This document shows positions 42,801 to 55,980 of a stretch of 64,000 bases of DNA, piece after piece. Origin of the DNA: Schmidtea polychroa. Its lineage: Eukaryota. Within the stretch, counting starts at the first letter, position 1. Every line of letters begins with the position of its first letter. Location: assembly GCA_044892525.1 (NCBI GenBank), contig CM097885.1, positions 14,262,001 through 14,326,000 of the forward strand, written 5' to 3'. The notes beneath the pieces were generated by a model. The model did not search any database. It was not told where the DNA came from and saw only the letters and a program-made list of their open reading frames with translations. Made by a program: the position numbers and the translations under genes.

Positions 42801-44176
42801 GGGTTACTGAGACAGTACCATTTGGGCACGCATGAGTGCATTATGGATTATAAAGGCCATCAATCATTGATCCATTGCTTATTGCCCACAGTTCTCCCGA
42901 TTGGTGCCAAGCGGATTCTCAGCGGAGGATTCGATAAGGCGCTCTTCGTTCATGATATCGATGTAAATCTTTCGCCTTTCCCCCACTCGTTCTATCTCAT
43001 TTCGTTATAGACCGGCGCCATTTTGCACAAAATTGAAAACGACAGCGCAATTCTATCGATCTGTGATCTGTTGGATTTCGTTTATTACGGCACTGCCGGA
43101 GGAAATGTTGCGACATTCTCATTGGAAAAGAATAGGAGAATGAGCAGTTTCCACGCATCCGATGGGGGCATTTCCTGCGTGAACGCAACAAAGGAAGGAA
43201 ATGTTCATCTCCTGTTTGTCGGTGCTAATGTAAATCCATCAATTGTGTCTATTACGGTGCTGTTACGGTTCTCTTTCTAGAACTGCGAATACAGCGTTTG
43301 GAACGCAATCACATATGTCAAACTAAAGATCATCACTCCAGTGTCCCACTTAGAAATCCCAATCGATTTCATAGTTCTCCAGAAGCAACGGCTGCTCGCA
43401 TACACTAAAAATCACGTCCATTTCATTCAATATGTTGTGAGTATTTATTTCTATAAAATCATTTATTAATTGCATTTAATACAAATTTATAATTTATCAA
43501 TTGATTTTTGAATATATTTTATATTGATAAAATAATAATTAATTTTTTATTTAAATTATAATATGGCTAAAATATCAATTGAAATTTAATTAATATTATT
43601 AATGCATTAATTTTTGAATATATTTTATATTGATAAAATAATAATTAATTATTATATGGTTAAAATATCGATTGAAACTTAATCTCAATAATTTCTATAA
43701 AATAATTTATCTATTGATTTATTTAATTATTATTATTGATTTTTAATATTATTTTATTTTTGTTAATATAAATTGGATTTAATCAGCATTTAATTGATTT
43801 CCTAGAAAACGAAGTCTACGTCATCGTTCAATCATTTCGATTCAATCAGTAGTTTGTGCTTGACTAGGAATTATGTAATCATCGGGGGATTATGTGGGAA
43901 AGTTTCGGTATACAAAATAAAAGTAAATTATCCTAACATGGAACAAATTATTATAATTATTAATGTATTTGTCATATTTCCAGGGCTCCCATATACCTAA
44001 GACTCCAATACGAACAATTGTCAACTCTAATACTTCTGTTATTTCGTTGACATTTTACAACAATACAGTAGGAGTTTTCCCGTAATTTCGCATTTCATTA
44101 ATAATTTCGCTCCTTTCAGATAATAAGCGGGGATAAAACTGGTAAAGTTTATTTTAATCGGTTGGTTGAATCGTAA
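39827..44176 (+). CDS. Host multi-exon gene, ZNF106-like C-terminal WD40 protein (5' end uncertain; approximate exons include 40574-41416, 42577-42962, 43011-43229, 43281-43436, 43806-43922, 43984-44067, 44120-44176)
   Basis: GT-AG introns join WD40 repeats: YKGHQSLIHCL…SGGFDKAL…YYGTAGGNVATFSLEKNRR…ISCVNATKEG…LLFVG, resembling the ZNF106 propeller as recalled; upstream coiled coil and S/D/P-rich region. Confidence 0.7.
40850..41210 (+). repeat. Six coding 60-bp tandem repeats (SDVKAVSGPPPITQPPASSN)
   Basis: Directly visible, near-identical units. Confidence 0.95.
42121..42336. mobile_element. Tc1/mariner-pogo-type MITE in an intron
   Basis: TIR CCGTATTTTAGCGCATATAACGCGC / GCGCGTTATATGCGCTAAAATACGG, with TA on both sides. 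Confidence 0.85.
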
Positions 44177-45280
44177 CATAGGGAGATTGGTATTTTTAGA
44201 TGAGATTTTTTATTTTTTTAGAGTTGTAAATAAAATGTCTGTCTTCCTATTGGTCAAATTGTTGTATTGTATCAAATTTTGGATTGTAATTATTTTTATT
44301 GGTGGAAAATTGTGATATTTTGTCCATTTGTTATTTACATAAAACCAAATGTTGAAATCGATGGCTGGAGATAACTTTGGACATCGCTAGTAATGAGGGA
44401 GTTTGTGTCTTCTATCGATAGGCCGTGGGGTTCTCAGCTTTATTTTTGGGTTCTACTCCAGTTGTCAGTGGTTATCAGTGAATAATTAATAGTATTTGTT
44501 AATTTATAGAAAATCGATTGGTTTCAATTCGAATATATTAGTTATACAAAATAAATTTACAAAATTATTTTTGTAAATTGCCGAAATCAGGAAGTAAGGA
44601 TTTTATTTATGAATTACACCAAAAATCCATAATTTTAAATTAGCATTAAAATGAAATAATGACATGCACGGCACACAAAATTTCGAAATCCATAAAAATA
44701 ATTGTTTTTATCACTAAATGTCTTTCAAAATGTACGTTGGTGGTTGTTGGTATATTGTGAGACTTATTGCGAGTACTGCTAATGACCTGACGAGCGCCTT
44801 GAATCATGGGTTACCATAGTAGGTGTCGTGCCTCCATCTTTTTTATGATTTTCCTAAGTTGTTGCTGTCTATTTTGGACTACAAATTATTCTAGGAGTAT
44901 AAATTCTCTTGGCCTCAAAAAACAAAACAATGTTATAACATCTTGTATTGTTAAAGCATCTAACATACTACTCATGTCAAGTTATTATGAAAAGTGAGAC
45001 AGCTGCAAGAAATATAAAATTCATCAATAGTATTAAATTAGAATAGAATATTAAAGTCATTTAGATCGGGTCAATGTAATTAAAATTATCGCAGATTCAT
45101 GCTCAAATATTTTTGGATAACACTGAATCTTGTAAGAAATCGAACGGGTGAAAGGGGCGGATTTTAACAGCTAACATGAAACAACATCACTATTATAAGA
45201 CAATTAAATCAAACATTTAAAACGGAAAAATAAAGGCGTGTTTCTACTCAAAGTTTTAAAAATTAACAGTGAATTTGGTT

Positions 45281-47193
45281 AATTACGTCACGCCAAAAAT
45301 GACCATTTTTGGCCCACCCTGTCACGCTTGGTCACATTTCTTCGAGGTCAGGAATCCATGGAGAATTACTACGTTGTTCCGAAGTAAAACTAAAAAAGAT
45401 CCAAACAGTTCAAACAGCGGTTTCCGGTTCACACAAGCGGGTGAACAGACGTGTTTATCTAAACTGTCGCTGGTGTATGCTACTTCTTCTTCAACTACTT
45501 CATTAAAAATTAATGTGGCATTCGTTTTTTGTCTACGACATATGCGATAATGATTTGTCTTGACAACAACAGTTGGAAAATTCATGCGACAAATCCACAA
45601 TGTAGATTGATGGACAATACAGATCAAATGGGTATGGCTGTCTGAGTTTGGTTTGATTCATAACATCCGGGTGAATATCTTGAAGTAAAAGAAGAACGGA
45701 CAGATGGCAAAAATGACGACCTGCTGGTATCGGATCCTTCGGAGGCAATGCATTAATCCCAAATTCAGTGTGCTCAAAAACACGAGGATATGGTAAAAAC
45801 CTGTTTGGTAAGATTTTCGAAATTGAGGATAGCTAAATGGTTTGCAGCAAGATACATTTGTACACTTGAACACTTGAAGCATGCACTTTGAACTCATTAT
45901 GTACTGCGACTGCCACAGTAGGTTTGCAACTTCTTGTCTGGAAACTCGCAGTGTTTCATTGCCTTCTGGTATTGGAATAGCCTCCGCATACACTGCATTT
46001 TTGTCCGGATGGCGTTTTGACAACATTTTCAAACCTTTCATCATCAACTATCCGTGTCATGACTGTAGGCATTTGATGTATCATGCTTTCCTGAACGTAT
46101 TGCTATATAAGTTAGCCCAGTGTTCGATATCCCGGTTGCCTTGTCGCCAACAATCTCATCGTTGATAGTTAGGAAGGGGACACTGAAGGTATCAATTTAT
46201 GTTTCTCGGCTACCACCCAATCGTGATCTGGCAATTTTACTCGGTAATCTGTACTCATATTAATTGGCTGCTCTTTACTTGCTGCTGCAATTCCAAGACC
46301 TATTCTAGCTTTATCGTCTGGCGAAAATAGCATTGTGTTTTGTGGACCAATAAATGTGCATAGTTCCATAACGAACCTGATAGCAGCCAAACCAAACTGG
46401 GCATCTTCATTTTTCTTCCGAGGTATTTTTCTTTTTTTTTCAAGCTAGATTTCTGTGCTCGAGAACGGTTAAGTCGAAGAGTTTGAATACTTGTTGGATT
46501 TTCTTTTTGCTAGTCTCCAAGTTCTTCAATTCCTTTCCTACAGCTTCTGAATCACCTAAACCTTTCTGTTGCTTTAATACAAGAAATGATATGTTGGCAT
46601 TTACTTCATCCAAACGTTTTTGTTCTCTTATTTCTGCTGGTGTATGACGTTTTATATCTTCCAACACATTCTGTTTTTCACTAGTGATGATTTTCGATTC
46701 GTCAACAACTGAAGTATGGCTGATTGTTTTGTCCATAACTGTCGGCAATAACAGTTCACCAGCAGATGATTCAACAGACACAGATGGAACTTCCTGCAAT
46801 AATGTTTTCTTTGCTGGAATGTTTGTCCAAAAACTCTTTGCTTTTCTTTTTGCTACAACTATTCTTAACTCGTTCAGTTTCGTTTGACATGTAGATGGTT
46901 CTGATTTTAATTCATTCCATAAAGCCTGCGCCTCTGTCAGCTGATCGTGCTTCGATTTGTCCGGATGTGCAAGAGTATACGTATTCACTAGATCTTGGTA
47001 TAGATCTGCCATTTTGTTAACTGTACTTTTCTTGAACATGTCTATAGTCATCCAATATTAAAAAGTTTTCTTTAATATTCTAATTTAATGATTTATTTAT
47101 ATTAAAATATAAACTAATAAATACAACTAGCGTGACGTCACGTTCAGCTCAACTCACCCACCTTCAAGTCTGACGTAATTATGCAATGACCCC
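45281..47193 (-). mobile_element. Zator-like DNA transposon, frameshifted and internally deleted
   Basis: Fragments SPDDKARIGLG…VKLPDHDWVVAEKHKLIPSV and TYIAIRSGKHD; terminus GGGGTCATTGCATAATTACGTCA next to TAA at 47194; partial inverted AATTACGTCA at 45281. Confidence 0.65.
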
Positions 47194-49928
47194 TAATGTT
47201 ATTAATATAGGAAATGTAAAACAAAACAGGGAAAGGTGGCAGAATCCATGTACAAAATTTTGATAAAAAGCGATGAGATTAGCGCAACCTAAAGCACCGT
47301 AGCGTAGTGACCCAGATTTAGTTGACTTACCGAACTTACAGCTAGGATTATCAACAACCCTAGATTGATATCACAACTGCAAACAATTAGGAAAATTTCA
47401 ATTAAGAATTCGATTCGTTTTCTGTTTTACTGTATTAATTAAAATACCTATAATTCTAATTTGACTTGTAAATTTACCAAGATAATGATAACAAGCAAAT
47501 AAATATATGTCAACCCCCATAACTCTGAAAACCTAACGAAAATTTTACAAAGATGTATGCATGAAAATGTAATTACCATCTTACATCTGCAAAATTAGAG
47601 AATTTTATTGGAATTTGAGGAACACGACAGGTGAGATAAGTTCATCGAGCACTCTACAATATCAATCATACCCAGGCCCCTGGAATGATTCAATTACTTC
47701 ACTCGACCTTTGCCGGTAGCGACGGTTTATAATTACACGCATTTTGTAACAAGGAAATATAACCACGACAAACGTTTCGCAAAGTTCCGTTAATTATTTA
47801 TGCCCACTAATTCAGTAAAAAATATAAAGAAAAAAATCAAATTTCATTTTAATAAATAATCCAGGCCTATTAAGTCATAAGGGAAGAAATTCTCAACCAT
47901 TCATTCTCTAAAACTTTAATATTATATGTAAATAATCAAAGTGAATGTCGGATAAGTTTTTTAGAAAATTTTCTGTCAAGTGGAGGTGGGACAACTTGGT
48001 TTGCAATCGATCGACACAACAACCCCTGTAAGAAACAACGCTAGAGGTCAGTTGGCATGGACTATAAGGAAATTTCCAATGAACACATCGGTGTACCAGT
48101 CCAGGTAAGCACACTAAATAATGAACCTGCCCACTTGTCAGAATATTTTGAAAGAGTTATATCCATATTTGGTGTTCAAATTAATTTTAACCTTAAATTT
48201 TTATGTACAAGTGTTAACTCAGTGGGATGATCAAGGTCAATGGACAACCAACGCAACGCAAGACCATAAAGAGACAAAATAAAATATGATAAATTTATCT
48301 CAATGAAATTATTCGACCATTGTAAAATATCCAGCAACAAATTTAACGAGTGCTAGTTGACATTACAGTATCAGTGTCAACCCGTACTCTAATAAAATTA
48401 ATAAAACTCCATTTGATGGAGTTTAAGATGGGGTCACACAATATAAATTTATAAAAAATTAATACATGCCGTCGATAAATGAAAAATTCATAGTGATTGT
48501 AAGAACACTTCGGCGCATGACAAGGAGAACACGATGATGTGTAATATGAAGAAGAGTGTAAAAGGAGGAAGTGAGAATGATGGTGATATATGGGTTGTTG
48601 GAATGCGTACGAGTAAGGACCATTTTAAATTATCTATTTAAGTTTCAGTACAAAAGGGAATACAGACCGAACCGACCAAGATTTGGGTGGATCACCACAA
48701 TTGGAAAGTAGCTTGGATAAAAGCTTGGAACCGAGGCTACTGAATTGAGTCTCATTATCAAGGAGCCAAAGTTTGAAAAGAAATTAGAAATCCAATGCTC
48801 AGATGATTGTGGTCAAAATCATGTACGCAGGCCAAACAGGTGGTTCAAGAGGCTGAGTCGCGTTGAGAGTGACATTCGGATACCGAAGTGAAAACCAAAC
48901 AGCGGAAGGATCACTCTGAGAAAGAGGACCAATTAAAATTCGTAAATCAGGAACTACAAATTCCCGAAGGTGTTCCCTGGTGCAATGAGGTTTTTCTCGG
49001 TCCAAGAGAACAACTAGACGATATTAATTTAGTTTAAATAGTAATAGTGCTAGGATCAATTTTATTAGAAATAAAATTTTATTATTTGATTTTGTTTGTA
49101 CACATGATATGATGAATGATGATAGTTCGAGTGATGGTAATTAATTCATGGAGAAATTTAGTGAGTGATAGTGTTGGGTTAAAACTTATTTTGAGCCCAA
49201 GCGGCTGAATCGTTACTTAAAGACGTCGGAATATAACACGCAGGCATAACATTAAGCTGACTCAAAATCAAACACGTCCAAACATCAATTAAACGAATAA
49301 GTAGAATTCACTCAACTCAAAAATAAACTTATATGAAACAAAAATAAGAGGTATTACATCAAATCCACTCAAAACACAACATGATACATAAAAAAGTAAA
49401 CAGATTTAAATTATTGGCGATGAGTAGAGATAGGAATGCAAATTGGAAAGATTTCCAGAAAATAACATTAAAAAATGAAGTAGAATATTTATAATTAAAA
49501 AAAAACTAGAATATTCTATAAAAAGGTCGAAATCCATCATGGCTGTCAAGTAGCTAGTAGGGATATCGATAAACCGATTAATCGGACGAAAATATCATTT
49601 TAAAAATATTTATAAATCGATAAATCGGTAAATAAACCAACACATAATTTTAAATTTCTGAAAATGTTTTTCAAAATTATCTATAGTTTAATTTTTCAAA
49701 ATTAAAAATATCAACAGTATGCAACACTAGGCTTTGTTTGTACACTTAAACTGTACAAAAATTTAATGGTTACTACTAGTAACTTATTAGAATATTTTGA
49801 AAAAATTGAAATTTTTTGTTTGTAAAATTGTTAAATTTAAACTTCTACATTTTGGTAAATTTTATAAAAGGTAACGATTTTTTTACGTGTTTTTATACGT
49901 GTTGAATACACTTGATATTTTTCAAGGC

Positions 49929-50464
49929 ATGGCGAATAATACAAATGTATGTGATAAGAATAAAGATTCACCGTGGAATTATTTTAGCCGCACTAAAGAT
50001 GGAAATGTAGGTATAATCACAATTCAAGGTTGCTAGAAAACCATAATATCTTTAGTTCTTAACGACTACATAAATTTATTGAAAAGAGATCAAAATTGTG
50101 GAATCTTGACCTCCAGCGAAATAAAAAATGTAAAAATATCAACCAAAGCGAATTTTTCTGGTAAAATTACAAAATTTTCCACCAAAACCATTGATAAATC
50201 TCTCTACCTGCAATAATATCTCAGATGAAAAGCAAAGACGGCCTAGCATTTAAAACATTTTGTACGTCATATGATTTAAGAGAGCTATTAAAAAGTAAAG
50301 GTCATCAAAAAATTCTTAAATCATCCAACACAATTAGAATATAGTTTTATCGTATTCCTAAAAGATATAAGATGAAAGGATAAATGAGTTATCTTCACGA
50401 ACTGTTTACGGCGAAAGATTTAGTATGAAATTTGAGGAGTGAACGTCTGTTAAAAATAACCGAT
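49929..50464 (+). pseudogene. Degraded hAT transposase 5' part, cut by the 50465 insertion
   Basis: DSPWNYF (BED start)…FCTSYDLRELL…SSNTIR…GERFSMKFEE*TSVKNNR, corresponding to RFSLTFDEWTS; several stops. Confidence 0.7.
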
Positions 50465-51410
50465 AGTATGTAGTTAGTGGCTCCCTGCAGCAATTACCCC
50501 CCACCGGGGAGAGGGGGTAAAAATTTGCTGCAGCTGGTTTTTTTATTATGTAATTGTTGCATGAAGCCACTCATATCTTTTTCAATACAAATAAAGGGGC
50601 CTATAGAAACAAAGGTCATCGCGGCAGTGGGCTACTCATATTTTTTTTCAATACGAATATTAGGGGCCTATAGAAAAAAGCCAGGATTTCTCTGACTATA
50701 GTGAAGGGGTCTCCTTAGTCCTGAGAATTTCAATACAAAAAAGGGTCTTCACTAAAAAAGCATAGAATTTTCTAACTATAGTAAGGGGGTCTCCTTGGTC
50801 CTGTGATTTTCAATACAAAATCCGACAATCAATAAAAAAGCATGGTAAATTTTTGAATTAGAGTAAATTAAGGGTTCAAATAAGTAAATTAAGGTCTAAC
50901 ATTTTAAATTAAAGTAAATAATGGGCTAAATTAAGTAAATTATGGTCTAATTTTTTAAATTAAAGTAAATTAAGGTCTAAATTTTTTAATTAAAGTAATC
51001 AATGTGCTTAAATAAGTTAATTATTTTCTAAATTTTTAAATTAAAGTAAATTAAGGTTCAAATTTTTAAATTAAGTAATCAATGGTCAAAAAACTTTAAA
51101 TTTAAATTAAATAAAGTAATAATTTTTAAATAATTAAATTAAAGTTATGTAATAAGTAAATTAAAGTAAGATTTTTAAATTTATTAAAAAAAAGATTGAA
51201 TAATCACCAACTTTTTGGAGAAATGTAATTTTTAATGAAAATTTGTAATGGAATTTGTAATGAAATAATTTTTTAAGATAATTTTTAATGGAAATTTAAA
51301 TGAAAGTTTTTTAAGTCAAATTTAAACATAATTTTAAATGAAAATTTTAATGGAATAATTTTAAATGGAAATTTTTATAAAATAATTTCAAAGGAAAAGT
51401 TAAATACAAA
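50465..51410 (+). mobile_element. Left terminus and subterminal repeat of a third relative of the palindromic family
   Basis: AGTATGTAGTTAGTGGCTCCCTGCAGCAAT resembles the 1195 end; GGGTCTCCTTGGTCCTGAGAATTTCAATA-like duplicated unit and the same minisatellite. Confidence 0.85.
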
Positions 51411-51428
51411 TTTTAGCTCTCTCACTAC

Positions 51429-54400
51429 TGATGGTTTATTGAGTTGGTGATGAATTTAAATGTTACTCTGACTCCAAACGTTTCTTTATACGATTCACAA
51501 ATAACACTTGACAACAGTAATCTTTATTGATAATCACAAATAAACTTTCTCTTTACACTGACAATCAAATCAACACTCTGCTTGGTGACTATACAATGCT
51601 TATTACAACACTCGGTGAGAAATAGCACTTGCGTATAACACCGGATTAAAATATCACAAATTACTGATTGGTTTATTAACTGGGACTTTGAGCTGGTTGT
51701 TTTCTTTGACCTTCTTCACAACTTTATTCAAATACTCAAATAACTTTTCGTTTAATTTTTCAACTAATTATTTTATTTAAATCTTCTCCAACAATTATTT
51801 TTCACAATTATTTTCTTAAAAATTATTTCTCACAAATCGTTTTCCAATAAGTTTTGTTCGACTCTGTCGAATTTTCTCTATTCTAGTCTCACTTTTGTCT
51901 CAATTTGCGTCACTCTTTGTCTCTAATTTTGTCTAATTTTGTCTCTGCTAGTTTCTCTTTATATAGTTTGCTTCTATCGTTGCACTCGAGATAATCAAGT
52001 GTTTTTCCACTTTCTTTCTCCTGCTTTCCCCAACTGTTCCATTTTTATCTCCGACGGCTGTCAAGTTATTTTCCCCTTTTCCTTTTTTGTTTGACTGCCA
52101 TTTCTGCTATCAATTCTTCCCAATTTCGAAATTCCTTTTCCTTTTTGTACTAATTAATTAGTACTGACCTTGGTTTTTATTTTCTTGTTTAATTTCTTTT
52201 GTTTCCTTCCTCTTCATCATTTCTTATTTCTTTTTGCTTCCGCCTTCTTTTCTGAGTTCCCATAGATCGTCCCGTTTGTCATGAGGTAATTTATTTATTT
52301 ATTATGTTATTTTTCATTTAGGTATCCTCAATTCTACCTAGTGAATTTTAGCTTGCTCTGTTCACATTAGTATCGTTTTTCCATTTGGGTGATGGTCTTT
52401 TTGATCGTTGGAATCTATTTCCTGAGTTTCAATTGTCTTGGGTTGAGGTTGTAGATCTCTCTCTTTGTACTGGATTTATCGCAAATACCTCACATTTATT
52501 TTTAGTGCTCTTTAGATTCAATTCAATTTTCATAGCCTTTTTAACTAGTTCATCGAAATTGTCGTAGTATACATAGCACAATGCCGTCTTTATCTATTTA
52601 TTTACTCCTGACAAAAATTGCTCTTGAATCAGCTCCTACATCTGTTGGGATAATCCTGGTGTTTCGCATCTTCTTCAAAGGATTTGATGACAAGGGTCGA
52701 TAAATAATATGCAAATTTGCTCACTGTTTCATTTGGATTTTGAACTCTATTATAAAATTTTTGGCACATTAATCTCTTAATATCTCTTCCAATAAGTTTA
52801 GCAGCCAATGCATCTTTCAACTTGGCCCAATTGGTGTGTTACGGGTAAGCATACATTTTACCTATTCGTGCTGTTTCTAACGTAACCCAGAATACAAACA
52901 ACATTTTCTCCTCTTGATACCCGTTGAGCGATCATCGTTGGTATTGTATCAAGAGGGTGAGTGCTCGCAAGAAGTGCGCGCGCTAGCCGCACTATAATTG
53001 TCGGGCACTCCTTGGGTTCACGGACTACCAATAGGAGGTTTATGTCCGATTTCCTATTCAGGTCCCCACCTATTCCTAAGAAATTTTAGTGATAAAAAGG
53101 TTCCTAGGGAAAATATTCTTTATGATTAGACCATATTTAGACAATAATAGTGTATTATAATAACACAAAACCATTTTAGTGGTAAGAGTCGCTCGCATGA
53201 ATGAGTAGTGATTAGATAAATAGCAATATTTACAATTTCAGATTAGAGATTAATAGGCTACTTTGCTTGGAACTGTGTCATAATTGAGTTTGGGATATTT
53301 CCCGTTTATATATTCTTAGTGGTGTGTGGTTCACCAAATTTTAAATGTTAGTTTAGGTGTGCCATTTACTTGCGAGAAATTAGTCGATTAATAAAAATTT
53401 GCTTATTTTCGTAGACTGTGCTCACTACGATAAGCCCTAATATCATGTAAGCAACGCAGCTACAGCCGAACCAAAAAGCCCGTTGTAACCGCAAATAAAT
53501 TAATTAGAAACATATTTATCACCAGACTAAGTTGGTCACCACGAAGTATCTTCAAGCAGATACACTACACCGTATAAACAGTGCTGTCAACCACCACTCC
53601 GGGTTGGTAATCATCTTAGTTCTTGTATTTGCAGTTTGTGGACCTTATATCATAGTATAGATGCCGGATTCATCTGTAAACATGATAACTCATATATTAA
53701 TGAAAAATCCTTACTTATCGGTTCTTTTCAAACTTTTCACAAAATTAGATTAGACAAAATAGAGTGTAACTTGTCAAAAAGAGTGAGTGTTTTGATTTTG
53801 GTAATAAAGAGAGTGTTTCGCTTTTGGAAAAAAGAGTGTTTTTGTGACTGAAATGCGTCTATATATATATATTATTTTTGGTGTGTTAGTTTGTGTGCAT
53901 GTGTTAGTGCAGTAAAAAAAATCAGAATTATTTTTAATTCTAGAATTTTCTATTTTTGATTTTTATTAATTTTCTTGGCCGTTTTATTTTTATTTGGATG
54001 TTTTAATTTTTTTTAAACATTTCATTCATGAACTTAGTTTTGGGCCTAGAAATCAATTATAGCCCAACACAATCATTGCCGATTGTTTTCCTGTCGATTT
54101 GTTGATTTGCTCCTTTAAGATATAAGGGTAATTTCTGAATCATGATTGCTTGAGACCATCCATAAGCCGTAATCGCTCATAAAATCAACAAAAATAACTG
54201 GATCTCCTCCATATTGCTCTACTGGCAATCTTTGACAACTGGCAAAATCATTATTTTCTTTAATAATTGAGACTGGTAAATCTTCACTACTCATTATCGG
54301 TTCTTGCTTCGTAAATTTAATCGATTCACTTTAATAAATTATCTTCTCAATTTCCACAAAATCTAAATCTCAAATTATTATTGAAATAAATAATTTACCT

Positions 54401-55176
54401 TTTCCAAATCACTTTAATAATTTCAATTTATCACACTTTATTTTCACAATTTTCTTTTCAACAATCTTTTCACCAACTTTTGATCACGCCGGGCTCACCA
54501 AAATATGTTGGGTTATTGAGTTGGTGATAAAATTGGAATTCTTACTCTGACTCCATGTGTGTCTTTGGCTGTCCCACAAATAAATATTAACACTGGAAAC
54601 ATTATTGAATATCACAAATATTTTCACAATGATACAATTGACCCAACAAGCTACTATTATACCGTACTTATTACTATGGTGCACTCGTATAACCTTGATT
54701 TGACGAATCTCTCACAACTGAGGAGTGTAATAATTGGTAATTTTAACTGGTTGTTTTCTGATTTTGACTTGGCTTACTCGCCTAACTTTACTCTATTGTC
54801 AACTAAATAAATCTGGCTGCTTCTCTTTATTTCTGTTTTCTCTTTAGTTTCTCGGCTTCAGTTCTATTCAAATTTTTCTTCCAAATTTTTCTTTCAATGG
54901 TTTTTCCAAACTGTTCGCTAATACAATTCTCCCACGTTCTCTTAATTTTCTAAATTATCCTCTGTATAGTTTCTGCTTGATTCTGCTGTGCCACCTCCTT
55001 TTATACCTCGTCAATTTGTGGTACTTCAGTTTATCTTCAATTCCACATTTTTTTCTCCAACATTATTTCTCAGTTTACCCTGCGACCGAGTTATCTTTGA
55101 CAGCTGTCGCAATATTTACGATATTTTCTTTTTGCGGCTCCAGCCTGTTTTTGTTTTGTTTCCATTATCTCTGACA
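51429..55176 (-). mobile_element. Ty3/gypsy LTR retrotransposon remnant(s)
   Basis: PBS-like TGGTGAGCCCGGCGTGA (54500-54484) next to an LTR-like block (54506-~55176); diverged similar block from 51429; gag-like FYNRVQNPNETVSKFAYYL at 52629-52820. Confidence 0.55.
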
Positions 55177-55980
55177 ACCTGTCAAGATAAGAATATTGCT
55201 GTTTTTCTATTTTCCCGATTACAAAATTCAAATTTTCTGATTTACATTTATTTAAAAAAGCTTTACTTATAAAATTTATATTTTTAAAATTTAATTTTGA
55301 TTATATTTTCTAAGACTTATATTTGAATATTTAACTTATTTTGAATGAAAAGGGTAAAATATATATTATTATCTTTTATGATAATTGTTTTTGAAATACA
55401 TAATGCAGATTAAAAGATTTTAGTAATAATTTGCAATTATTTTAGTCAAAAATTAAAAAAAAAAGACCTATTCCATATTTCTTAATCAAATACCACTCAC
55501 AGCTTGTTATGTAATAAAATAGTCGCGGCTTGTTATGTAATAAATTAGTTTAAAATAATTTAAATTACATATCCTTCTCACTTATATTCCCCCGATTCTC
55601 AATATTCCATTAATTCACTAATATCCCCCCGATTTCTCATTAATTATAACCCCCCACCCCCCGAAATTTAATCAATTATATTCCGCCGATTTTGATTAAT
55701 TATTCAATACATCCATTTTTATCAACCTTCATGTTATCTATGCCCATTCAATGATCCATTAATGAATTATTCTACCAATTATTTTCACCCATTTGAATTT
55801 ATCATCGAGTAATGAATAATTTCCTCACTTTAATGAAGATTCTTACCACCTTCATTGTTAATTTTATCAAAGTTTAAAGAATAATTGTCTTTTCATTGCT
55901 TACCACTTTAGAATTTTTATCAAAATTTATGATAATTTGACTAATTCAATGAAAAATTTGAATGAGTTAATTAATATATA